From contig JALNZD010000001.1 of NCBI GenBank assembly GCA_023229505.1, positions 130,823-194,822 of the forward strand: a DNA stretch of 64,000 nucleotides, given 5' to 3'. Source of the stretch: Bacteroidales bacterium (GTDB lineage Bacteria > Bacteroidota > Bacteroidia > Bacteroidales > JAGOPY01). Below the pieces are notes generated by a model. It saw nothing but the letters and a program-made list of their open reading frames with translations, was not told where the DNA came from and did not search any database. The position numbers and the translations under genes are program-made. Positions 1-7,650 of the stretch are shown here, in pieces. Every line of letters begins with the position of its first letter. Within the stretch, counting starts at the first letter, position 1.

Positions 1-679
1 TCATTACATCCATCACTGATACATTGAATGCTTTTAGCGCTTCAGGATTCAAGTCGATCTGGTATTCCTTTATGAAACCACCCACTGATGCCACTTCGGA
101 AACACCTTCTGCTATAGTAAGTCCGTATTTAACGTAAAAATCCTGGATGGTCCTGAGCTCCTGCGGATTCCATCCCCCGTTTGGCTGTCCTGTTGCAGGG
201 TCCCGGCCTTCAAGAGTGTACCAGAAAATTTGTCCCAGTGCAGTAGCATCAGGGCCAAGAGTGGGTTGAACCCCGGCAGGTAATGTTCCGGAAGGCAGGG
301 AGTTGAGCTTTTCGAGAATGCGTGACCTGCTCCAGTAAAATTCGACGTTATCTTTAAAAATAATGTAGATAAATGACATACCGAACATCGAAGTGCTTCT
401 AACGTTCTGCACCCCTGGAATACCCAACAATGCAGTAGTTAAAGGGTAAGTTACCTGGTCCTGGATGTCCCTGGGAGAACGTCCCATCCATTCGGTAGCC
501 ACGATCTGCTGATTTTCGCCAATATCGGGGATAGCGTCCACCGGAACAGGATCGCGGGGTATGAAACCCGTTTTCAGGTTGAATGGCATATAAACAATAC
601 CCAGCACCACAAAAGTGATCAGAAAAATAAAGGTGATCAGCCGGTTTTCAAGGAAATATTTTACCAGACGATTAAACAT
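1..679 (-). CDS. cusA: CusA/CzcA-family heavy-metal efflux RND pump; N-terminal 226 codons only, gene continues past the window start
   Basis: My own translation from the ATG at 679-677 reads MFNRLVKYFLENRLITFIFLITFVVLGIVYMPFNLKTGFIPRDPVPVDAIPDIGENQQIVATEWMG...LKAFNVSVMDVM. The frame stays open to nt 2. It is missing from the ORF track because no stop falls inside the window. This is a typical HME-RND N-terminus. Confidence 0.85.
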   Translation of the reverse strand, partial: MFNRLVKYFLENRLITFIFLITFVVLGIVYMPFNLKTGFIPRDPVPVDAIPDIGENQQIVATEWMGRSPRDIQDQVTYPLTTALLGIPGVQNVRSTSMFGMSFIYIIFKDNVEFYWSRSRILEKLNSLPSGTLPAGVQPTLGPDATALGQIFWYTLEGRDPATGQPNGGWNPQELRTIQDFYVKYGLTIAEGVSEVASVGGFIKEYQIDLNPEALKAFNVSVMDVM

Positions 680-790
680 GAGCTAATGATTTTAGCAGTT
701 TAATTTAATTTGTTATTTATTATAACCTGAATCAATGTTTAACAAAATTATTCTTTTTAAACAATTATCAATTAAATGATTGATTTAGAA

Positions 791-1222
791 TTACATGCCA
801 CAGCAACCATGCATGTCATGTTTTTGTGCTTTTTCCTTTTGGAGCTTCATACCACATATAGAGCATTTGCCAGGTTCCATTGAGGTAATTTCCGGGTGCA
901 TGGGGCAGGAATAAGGAGCTGAAGATTTCAGTTCTAAATCCATCCCGCATTTTGGACATTTACCGGGTGATGAACTCATCACCTCAGGATGCATGGGGCA
1001 GGTATATTGAGGAGCCATTTTTTGAATGAGATCCATACCACAAACGGGGCATTTTCCTGGCTTGTCACTTTTAATTTCAGGGTGCATGGAACATGTATAT
1101 GATACAAGATTCTCTGTATTGACAGGATTAATCCGATTAATTGAATTGGTGTCGCTGTTTTGAGCAACCGCATACCCCATACTGATCAGCATGAGGCATG
1201 CAAGGATAATGTATTTTGACAT
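791..1222 (-). CDS. Secreted protein with three tandem heavy-metal-binding (HMBD-type) modules
   Basis: It has a signal peptide (MSKYIILACLMLISMGYAVAQ). Three copies of Y(T/S)C(S/P)MHPE-x7-PGKCxxCGMxL follow, and the tail is HDMHGCCGM. It lies directly upstream of cusA on the same strand. Confidence 0.8.
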   Translation of the reverse strand: MSKYIILACLMLISMGYAVAQNSDTNSINRINPVNTENLVSYTCSMHPEIKSDKPGKCPVCGMDLIQKMAPQYTCPMHPEVMSSSPGKCPKCGMDLELKSSAPYSCPMHPEITSMEPGKCSICGMKLQKEKAQKHDMHGCCGM

Positions 1223-1292
1223 AATCTTTATATTTATTTAGTTAGATAAATTATGTGTTTAAGAAAATTTACTGATAAAGTGATTCATGACC

Positions 1293-1805
1293 CTATTGTT
1301 TTACCGGGTGATGAGAGGGGTGAGCTTGCCTGATCGCAATTAGTTCGCGATAGGTTTGATTTACTCTGGCCGTATCACCCATGAAAGAATGCATGGCCAT
1401 CATGCCACTACCGTGCAAAGTATCATCGCCCATCATATCACCACCCATCATACCGCCACCCATCATATTGCTATCCATCATGTTGCCGTTCATCATACTA
1501 TCCCCTTCCATCATTTCCTGGCAATAGGTAAGATAATATATGTTACATAGCGAATCGTTCATGTGATAAAGACTGTCCTCCAAAAAAATCAGAGGACTTA
1601 AGTACTGGCCATCCGGATCATAGTGATTTATAACCAGATCATCATTTGATTTAGCTTCCTGGAAAGCTTTTATTAAATTTGATTCAGTATCATTCAAACT
1701 GCCATTGAGTTCGTCTTGCCTGTTTTCATCTTTGCAACTGTATGTGATTGCTGCGATAGCTATGATCATAGCTATAATCATTAAGATCTGTTTCATTTTT
1801 TTCAT
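1293..1805 (-). CDS. Met-rich putative periplasmic lipoprotein, probably binding Cu(I)/Ag(I)
   Basis: The likely start is MKKMKQILMIIAMIIAIAAITYSC (ATG at 1805 or 1796). It carries the Met-rich tract MMEGDSMMNGNMMDSNMMGGGMMGGDMMGDD and a His-rich tail AHPSHHP. The upstream part of the track ORF has no signal-peptide logic. Confidence 0.6.
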   Translation of the reverse strand: MKKMKQILMIIAMIIAIAAITYSCKDENRQDELNGSLNDTESNLIKAFQEAKSNDDLVINHYDPDGQYLSPLIFLEDSLYHMNDSLCNIYYLTYCQEMMEGDSMMNGNMMDSNMMGGGMMGGDMMGDDTLHGSGMMAMHSFMGDTARVNQTYRELIAIRQAHPSHHPVKQ

Positions 1806-2005
1806 TTTAAGTAATTTATAGATTAGATTGTTTTGAATTGCTTGCCACCACAAAATAGTAGTTGGTCATTTGTATTAAAAAATAAATTGTGAAATGAGGG
1901 AAGAGAGGCAAGAAATGCCATGAGTTCCTTGTAATAAAAGCATTGTTATAACTTAAAGGCAAACAGTAGTTGCCATTACACAGAACTTATCCCACGAAAT
2001 GGATA

Positions 2006-2383
2006 TCAGCAACGGAAATTGCCAAAAGATACCGGAAAATCACCGGTTTTTCGAAAAAGAAATTTTCTTGGTGTTATGGTTGCGGTAAATGGGGCCACAG
2101 GCAATGATCCGGATAAATCAATAATAAAGCTGGCCTGGACAGGATTAATAGTAATTAGTGACTTCACCTCATCAGATGATGATACTGTGAAATCATCCGT
2201 CACTTTATTAAAACTGAATTCGTTGTGACACTTGTCGCAATCACTGCCACAGCATGGTTTAGGAGTCGAAAATAAAGAAAAGGATACGATCGATTGTCCG
2301 CAATAATGCCTGGTAATTGATAATCCTCCTGTTGCTGTTAACAGGAGTAAAATCACAATTAAATTACCGGCCCTTTTCATCAT
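2006..2383 (-). CDS. Small membrane-anchored Cys-rich protein (resembles the HYC_CC_PP type)
   Basis: The likely start is MMKRAGNLIVILLLLTATGGLSI (one TM helix), followed by RHYCG...PKPCCGSDCDKCHNEF. The family name is from memory only. Confidence 0.5.
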   Translation of the reverse strand: MMKRAGNLIVILLLLTATGGLSITRHYCGQSIVSFSLFSTPKPCCGSDCDKCHNEFSFNKVTDDFTVSSSDEVKSLITINPVQASFIIDLSGSLPVAPFTATITPRKFLFRKTGDFPVSFGNFRC

Positions 2384-2535
2384 TTTATTAAAACAAATGT
2401 TAAACGAAGATATGCAGAAATTGTTTTGCAAAGAATAAAGTTTAACAAGATTTAACAACAAGATTAGAATATTTCCACTTAAAAGTTGTCCAAATATTAG
2501 TGGGAGATCCGTTCTTTAAAAGTAGGCTACACCTA

Positions 2536-2889
2536 TTAAAAGCTTAATATTTTATCTGCTTCAACGGTCCACTCGGCGAATTCTTTCAAATTACTCCGTT
2601 GAACACCAGATTGTAACATCTGTTCATTTATACCTCTTGCATCCATACAAGTACCGCACACCTTAATTTTACCACCTTCACGTGTAATTATTTTCATCAT
2701 TCGCCCAATATTGTAGTAGCCGTCAGGTGTTTTCTGTTCCGCAACCCCACAACCTATCGCATCTGCAAGCAAAAAAATGTTTAACTCTGTTCCGGGATTA
2801 TCTTTTAGGATTTGGATACCCAGCCTCAGTGCATTGTATGCCTTTTCAGTTCCGTAAGGGGTGTCGTTGATGATGAATAGAATTTTCAT
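2536..2889 (-). CDS. DsrE/DsrF/TusD-like sulfur-relay family protein
   Basis: 117 aa. MKILFIINDTPYGTEKAYNALRLG...VCGTCMDARG has the typical DsrE-fold length, N-terminus and conserved Cys region. Confidence 0.8.
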   Translation of the reverse strand: MKILFIINDTPYGTEKAYNALRLGIQILKDNPGTELNIFLLADAIGCGVAEQKTPDGYYNIGRMMKIITREGGKIKVCGTCMDARGINEQMLQSGVQRSNLKEFAEWTVEADKILSF

Positions 2890-2920
2890 TTATGTAAGAT
2901 CTACAAAGTTATGCCGGGTT

Positions 2921-3340
2921 CTAAAAGGTGATGATTTTGTTGCTCCACTTAATAATTTCATACATGTCCTGCATAGTTGAGAGAGGACACATTTCTGAAC
3001 CTTCCTTTTTTCGGATGGTCAGACATGTTCCGCAGGCAAATATTTTTCCACCATTTTCGACAAAACGCTTTATCTGGTCGGTTACCTTAAATTTATCAGA
3101 ATCCAGTGACTCAACTTCAACCCCTTTGGCCAGTAGAAAAACTTTCACCGAATCTCCCTCACCAATGGCAAAATTGCCAAACCTGAAGGCATTCCAAACC
3201 GTTTCGGCATCATTTGAATAAATGACCATTCCGATCTTCATCTTAAGGTCGTTTTTTGAATCCTTATTGTATTGATCGGAGTTTTGACTTACCGAATAAA
3301 GAGGGATAATCATCACCAGGATAAAAAAGATTTTTTTCAT
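2921..3340 (-). CDS. Secreted DsrE-like protein
   Basis: Signal peptide MKKIFFILVMIIPLYSVSQ, then a DsrE-like core (IGMVIYSNDAETVWNAFRFGN...FACGTCLTIR). Confidence 0.7.
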   Translation of the reverse strand: MKKIFFILVMIIPLYSVSQNSDQYNKDSKNDLKMKIGMVIYSNDAETVWNAFRFGNFAIGEGDSVKVFLLAKGVEVESLDSDKFKVTDQIKRFVENGGKIFACGTCLTIRKKEGSEMCPLSTMQDMYEIIKWSNKIITF

Positions 3341-3385
3341 GTCGCAATCGTTTAATAATGAGGTTTTTTACTGTTGGAGTGTCTT

Positions 3386-4051
3386 TCATTTTATTCGCAA
3401 TATTACTTTTCGTTCAAAATAATTTCCGCTCATTCCTTCCTGTGCATTGCCTTTCATGCTTTCACCTTTAGTCAGCATTACCTGCAATTGCATTTCAGCA
3501 TCCTTTGCATTGCTTAATGGCTGTATAGTCATAGGTAAACTTGTAATATCGGCATTTTCATATCCCGGAAGTTTATCACCAACCAGGCGACACGATATTG
3601 GCAGATTTACATCCCAACCGGGAGCAAATTTTGAAAGTGAATTTGTTCCGATAGTTGTCGGGTCAATATAGAGCCAGGCATTGCGGTATGGTACGGGAAT
3701 GGCATTGTCTTTTTTTCTTCCGATCACGGTGAGTACTGTTTTCTGTTCCCATCGTTTTGTTTCAATTAAAAATGTTCCGTCTGGTTGCTTAAATGATTTT
3801 TTGGTGTCTTTGTCAAGAATGTCAATAATGGTTTTTTCATCGTCATTCCACTGTCCGTTGTTGGTGTGGCAGGAAAGGCAATTTTTGGAATTGGTCAAAA
3901 TGCCGACTGCCGGCGGATAGGCATAAGCCATACCGCTGCTGTTTTGTTTTTTACGAAATTCGGGATGATAAAGATTCTCCGTCCCGATAAACTGGGTGAT
4001 AGTAATGATGACTATCAAAATGGTCGTGAGAATGACTGCTTTTGTTTTCAT
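3386..4051 (-). CDS. Membrane-anchored or periplasmic monoheme c-type cytochrome (hypothetical)
   Basis: N-terminal TM or signal segment (MKTKAVILTTILIVIITI) and a single CXXCH heme motif (CLSCH). I recognise no other family. Confidence 0.6.
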   Translation of the reverse strand: MKTKAVILTTILIVIITITQFIGTENLYHPEFRKKQNSSGMAYAYPPAVGILTNSKNCLSCHTNNGQWNDDEKTIIDILDKDTKKSFKQPDGTFLIETKRWEQKTVLTVIGRKKDNAIPVPYRNAWLYIDPTTIGTNSLSKFAPGWDVNLPISCRLVGDKLPGYENADITSLPMTIQPLSNAKDAEMQLQVMLTKGESMKGNAQEGMSGNYFERKVILRIK

Positions 4052-4062
4052 TTTTGTAGAGT

Positions 4063-4281
4063 TTAAACTTTTTCTAATATTTTTTTTCGTTCTTCGTATT
4101 CTTCTTTTTTGATTTCACCTGAGGCAAATCTTTTTCTTAAAATTTCCATAGGAGATTCTTTTTGAGACGATTTCTCTTTATTACCGGACCGCAATTTTAC
4201 AATTACTATTATCGCAACTACAAGGATTGGAAGCCAGATGAACTACATCATAGGCATTCCCCAATAACATTCGTGCCACAT
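4063..4281 (-). pseudogene. SHOCT-domain small membrane protein interrupted by an in-frame TAG
   Basis: My own translation reads MWHECYWGMPMM-TAG(4245-4243)-FIWLPILVVAIIVIVKLRSGNKEKSSQKESPMEILRKRFASGEIKKEEYEERKKILEKV-TAA. The TM helix and the C-terminal SHOCT-like motif are in the same frame as the upstream ATG. Confidence 0.5.
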
Positions 4282-4345
4282 AGTATTCATTTTTTTGTTG
4301 TCAGTGTTTATAGTGCTGACTCCGCACTTTTAAAATTAATGTTTG

Positions 4346-5500
4346 TTAGAAATATTTAAAGAACCAATGTTTTTCAAACCAAACTTTTGTCCAATGCCAG
4401 AAAAATCCAGGATTTTTCATCTTCACAACAGGAAGAGGCGAACCATAAAAATTTCCACCTGCGTATCCCGCTTTGCCGTTACCCATTTCTAAAAAGCAAT
4501 GTCCGTCACCGTTAAATGTTTTGTTGGGTGTTTTACCAGCAATTTTATAAGCAATACTATGAGCAACTGCTTCTGCCTGATAATGTGCAAAAACTCCAGC
4601 TTTAGGTAATGGTCTGCCCATTTCAAGCGGAATAAATGTTATATCTCCGACGGCATAAACATTTTGGAAATTTGTTTCCATTGTGTTGCGGTTAACTTCA
4701 ATCCAACTCGATTTTCCCACCAAAGAAGTTTCTTTAATTACCGATGGACATTGATGTTTTGGCGTGTAAGCCAACAAATCATATTCAGCGGTTATTCCGT
4801 TGCTGAAAGTCAAAGTTTTTTCGGTTGCTGATGTTGTTTGGTGTTCCGGAAAATATTTTATTCCTTTCATTTCCACCATTTGTCTCACTGCTCCTGATAA
4901 TTCTTTTCCAGCTACTCCCATTGGTCCCTGTTCGGGTGTATAAAGTGAAATTTCAGTTTTGCTGCTCAACCCTTTTTTCCGGATAAAGCTGTCAATAAGC
5001 ATGGCTGCTTCGTAAGGTGCGGCAGGACATTTAAAAGGAAGTGAAGGAATTAAAACGGTAATTTTCCCGCCTCTGAAATTTTGCAATAGCTCATTAAATT
5101 TTGTAGCTCCTTCAAGTGTGTAAAAATCGTATCCGTAATTATTCAGATTATGTTCTGAAACCTGCTCAGCTCCAAGAGAAACCACCATATAGCCGCCCCT
5201 GTATTCTTTGCCTTTTACAGTAACTGAGATTTGTTCGGGATTTACTTTTTCAATTTCTCCGATTACAACCTCAATACCTGCTCCTGCAATTTTTTGAGTG
5301 TTTCTGTAAACTTGTTCCGGTTTTCTTTTACCGACCATTAACCAAAGGAGCGAAGGGGCGAAAACATTTTTTTCTTCCTTTTCAAAGACAAGAATTTTTA
5401 CAGGATCAGGTTCTCTGTCATTACCCACTTTTTTGCTCAATTCTTTAGCTGTGATAATTCCGCCTGTTCCCGCTCCTAATACTAATATTGTTTTACTCAT
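4346..5500 (-). CDS. Sulfide:quinone oxidoreductase-like FAD-dependent oxidoreductase
   Basis: Rossmann motif VLGAGTGGIITA at the N-terminus, FKCPAAPYEAA and GDGHCFLE Cys motifs, and GD(I/V) near the C-terminus. 384 aa. Confidence 0.8.
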   Translation of the reverse strand: MSKTILVLGAGTGGIITAKELSKKVGNDREPDPVKILVFEKEEKNVFAPSLLWLMVGKRKPEQVYRNTQKIAGAGIEVVIGEIEKVNPEQISVTVKGKEYRGGYMVVSLGAEQVSEHNLNNYGYDFYTLEGATKFNELLQNFRGGKITVLIPSLPFKCPAAPYEAAMLIDSFIRKKGLSSKTEISLYTPEQGPMGVAGKELSGAVRQMVEMKGIKYFPEHQTTSATEKTLTFSNGITAEYDLLAYTPKHQCPSVIKETSLVGKSSWIEVNRNTMETNFQNVYAVGDITFIPLEMGRPLPKAGVFAHYQAEAVAHSIAYKIAGKTPNKTFNGDGHCFLEMGNGKAGYAGGNFYGSPLPVVKMKNPGFFWHWTKVWFEKHWFFKYF

Positions 5501-5512
5501 ACTATTTGCTTT

Positions 5513-5833
5513 TTAAAGATTTTCAAGAAGTTCTTTATGTTTGTTGAGGTTGTCAATAAGAACCTCACGCATTAGTTGGCAAGCTTGAGCCACCTTTTTA
5601 GTAGAAAGTGAATAATAATTGCATTGTCCGTCTCGCCTCATTTTTAAGATGCCTTTTTTTGTCATTATCGAAAGATGTTGCGATAGATTGGATTTTAGTC
5701 CGCCTGTTACTTCAAGAATGTCAGAAAAGCAAAGTTCATTTTCCTGTAACAAGTCGATAACCTCAATTCGCAATGGATGGCCTAAGGCCTTGCAAACATC
5801 AGCGTGTAGTTCAAAAATCTTCTTTCCATTCAT
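5513..5833 (-). CDS. ArsR/SmtB-family transcriptional regulator
   Basis: 106 aa. KALGHPLRIEVIDLLQENELCFSDILEVTGGLKSNLSQHLSIMTKKGIL is the winged-HTH core of ArsR/SmtB. It sits 12 nt upstream of the SQR-like gene. Confidence 0.85.
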   Translation of the reverse strand: MNGKKIFELHADVCKALGHPLRIEVIDLLQENELCFSDILEVTGGLKSNLSQHLSIMTKKGILKMRRDGQCNYYSLSTKKVAQACQLMREVLIDNLNKHKELLENL

Positions 5834-5849
5834 TGTTTTATTGTTTAAC

Positions 5850-5869
5850 AGTTCACAAATATATGAACT
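5850..5869. promoter_or_regulatory. Candidate ArsR operator: perfect palindrome AGTTCA-N8-TGAACT
   Basis: AGTTCA at 5850-5855 and TGAACT at 5864-5869, 17 nt upstream of the arsR ATG. TGAAC/GTTCA half-sites are typical of ArsR/SmtB operators. Confidence 0.5.
5856..5863 (-). promoter_or_regulatory. Bacteroidota -7 promoter box (TATATTTG on the minus strand) inside the palindrome spacer
   Basis: Plus-strand CAAATATA is the reverse complement of TAnnTTTG. It lies 23 nt upstream of the arsR ATG and fills the 8-nt spacer of the palindrome exactly. Confidence 0.5.
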
Positions 5870-5946
5870 ATTTATTAAACCACTAAATCTTTCTTGCGGG
5901 CTGTGATTTTTTTAATCTCACTAACCAAATTTGGAATAAATGAAGT

Positions 5947-6129
5947 TTATCTCTTGCCATGGATGTGCCTGTGATGTAAATCGGGAAAATGGGAATGGTG
6001 GTGTTTTGTCGGTTCGTGTTGATGGAAATGTGAATGCACTTTCCCCGGCGGTTCTGATTCGCCTTCATGTTCATGGTTGTGGTTACTCATCATCATGCTT
6101 GTGGTAATGTGCATGATCCATTGAATCAT
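5947..6129 (-). CDS. His-rich 60-aa ORF (16 His); doubtful gene
   Basis: MIQWIMHITTSMMMSNHNHEHEGESEPPGKVHSHFHQHEPTKHHHSHFPDLHHRHIHGKR. I see no promoter box, and a second frame of the same DNA is also His-rich. Confidence 0.3.
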   Translation of the reverse strand: MIQWIMHITTSMMMSNHNHEHEGESEPPGKVHSHFHQHEPTKHHHSHFPDLHHRHIHGKR

Positions 6130-6165
6130 GGCTATGAGCGTGGTGGTGTGAAAACAGATTTGTAA

Positions 6166-6300
6166 CTACTTTTCGATCTCCAAACAAGTTTCTTTCAAGG
6201 TCTGATCAACTGCTTTGCTAAATACCACTCTCCTATACTTGGCCGGACAAACAAAATTGTATGGCAGTTGGTTTGATGTTTCTATTTTGTAATATATCAT
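6166..6300 (-). mobile_element. IS200/IS605-family TnpA (Y1 transposase) N-terminal remnant, 44 codons
   Basis: My own translation reads MIYYKIETSNQLPYNFVCPAKYRRVVFSKAVDQTLKETCLEIEK-TAG. The (Y/H)xxVxxxKYRR motif and the ...CLEIEK segment match IS200-type TnpA. The HUH-containing remainder is absent. Confidence 0.55.
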
Positions 6301-6538
6301 CAAAACTTTGCATTATTGTAATTTTTGTCAGTTAAAATAGTATGAAATTTAAACTTTGTAATGTGCTTATTAATGAAATCAAAACGTGAATAGAATATAA
6401 TTGTTTCATTAGGTACTATTTTATAAATCATTAATTGATCAAATATCTGAACTTCAAATTCCTTTCCTGGTCTTCCTCATTCCTCACTCTTTAACAACTT
6501 TTAACAAAATCATTATCAGGCATTAGCGCAGCAAGCCT

Positions 6539-6546
6539 TACATTTG
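6539..6546 (+). promoter_or_regulatory. -7 box TACATTTG upstream of moxR
   Basis: Matches TAnnTTTG, 24 nt upstream of the ATG at 6570. Confidence 0.45.
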
Positions 6547-6569
6547 TGCCGCTTTAAATTCAATCAACT

Positions 6570-7562
6570 ATGATGGAAACAGATATCAAGGCATTGAACG
6601 AACGCATCCAGCAGGAAAGCGCATTCGTGGATATGATCAGCATGGAAATGGGAAAGGTGATCATCGGGCAGAAACACATGGTAGAGCGGCTGCTGATAGG
6701 TCTTTTATCAAACGGGCATATACTCCTTGAAGGAGTTCCCGGCCTGGCCAAGACTTTAGCGATCAAATCACTTGCTAACGTAATTGATGCTCATTTCAGC
6801 CGGATCCAATTCACGCCTGACCTGCTGCCGGCCGACCTTACCGGCACAATGATCTACAGCCAGAAAAAAGAAGAATTTGTTGTCAGGAAAGGCCCCATCT
6901 TCGCCAATTTCATCCTGGCTGATGAAATAAACCGGTCTCCGGCTAAAGTGCAGAGCGCTTTACTGGAGGCCATGCAGGAAAGGCAGGTAACCATCGGGGA
7001 GCATACTTACCCGCTGCAGGAACCCTTTATGGTTCTTGCTACCCAGAACCCTATCGAGCAGGAAGGTACTTATCCCCTGCCGGAAGCACAGGTCGACCGG
7101 TTTATGCTGAAAGTGGTGATTGGTTACCCGGATAAGGATGAGGAAAAACGCATCCTGCGGCAAAATATCGCCAGGACCTTTCCAACCACCCAGACAATCA
7201 TTAAACCCGCTGATATCACCAAAGCACGGGATGTGGTCAGGGATGTCTACCTGGATGAAAAGATCGAAAATTATATTACCGATATCGTTTTCTCTTCCAG
7301 GTATCCCACTGAATATAAGCTGAGCCGGTTTGAGCCCCTGATTCAATGGGGTGCCTCGCCTCGCGCCAGCATCAACCTGGCCCTTGCCGCCAAAGCTTTT
7401 GCCTTTATCAAACGGAGGGGATATGTTATACCCGAGGATGTCAGGGCCGTGGCACATGACGTCATGCGTCACCGCATCGGGCTGACTTACGAAGCCGAAG
7501 CAGAAAATGTCACTACGGAAGACATTATAAACGAGATACTTAATACGGTTGAAGTACCATAA
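6570..7562 (+). CDS. moxR: MoxR-family AAA+ ATPase (first gene of the Bat-type operon)
   Basis: Walker A GVPGLAKT, SRIQFTPDLLPADLTG, Walker B ILADEINR, and ATQNPIEQEGTYPLPEAQVDRF. Confidence 0.9.
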   Translation: MMETDIKALNERIQQESAFVDMISMEMGKVIIGQKHMVERLLIGLLSNGHILLEGVPGLAKTLAIKSLANVIDAHFSRIQFTPDLLPADLTGTMIYSQKKEEFVVRKGPIFANFILADEINRSPAKVQSALLEAMQERQVTIGEHTYPLQEPFMVLATQNPIEQEGTYPLPEAQVDRFMLKVVIGYPDKDEEKRILRQNIARTFPTTQTIIKPADITKARDVVRDVYLDEKIENYITDIVFSSRYPTEYKLSRFEPLIQWGASPRASINLALAAKAFAFIKRRGYVIPEDVRAVAHDVMRHRIGLTYEAEAENVTTEDIINEILNTVEVP

Positions 7563-7601
7563 AATCAGTGAAAAGTGACATTACTTTGACAATAAACTTT
7601 T

Positions 7602-7650
7602 CACATTGAACCTTCAACTTTGCACTTTGAACTTTGCACTTTGAACTAAT
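7602..7650. repeat. Period-7 tandem word array (7 units)
   Basis: CACATTG AACCTTC AACTTTG CACTTTG AACTTTG CACTTTG AACTAAT. It ends 5 nt before the DUF58 ATG. Confidence 0.8.

Noticed and set aside
4243-4245. TAG reassignment or recoding as the explanation for the in-frame TAGs at 4243-4245 and 6166-6168.
   Set aside because: TAG terminates well-conserved genes at their expected ends in this window: the DUF58 gene at 8531, moaC at 59828, and the lipoprotein at 47084, which is followed directly by an ATG. TAG is therefore an ordinary stop here.
5883-6074. 63-aa minus-strand ORF overlapping the His-rich ORF.
   Set aside because: It has no motifs and no signal peptide, and it overlaps the arsR promoter and operator region. 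It is probably spurious.
6960-7472. 170-aa minus-strand ORF antisense to moxR, plus other long antisense ORFs (9729-10430, 9686-10132, 45693-46247, 49186-49905, 54922-55656, 55969-56529, 60739-61302).
   Set aside because: Each lies entirely within a strongly supported conserved gene on the other strand. They have no recognisable motifs and show biased, low-complexity composition. They are shadow ORFs.
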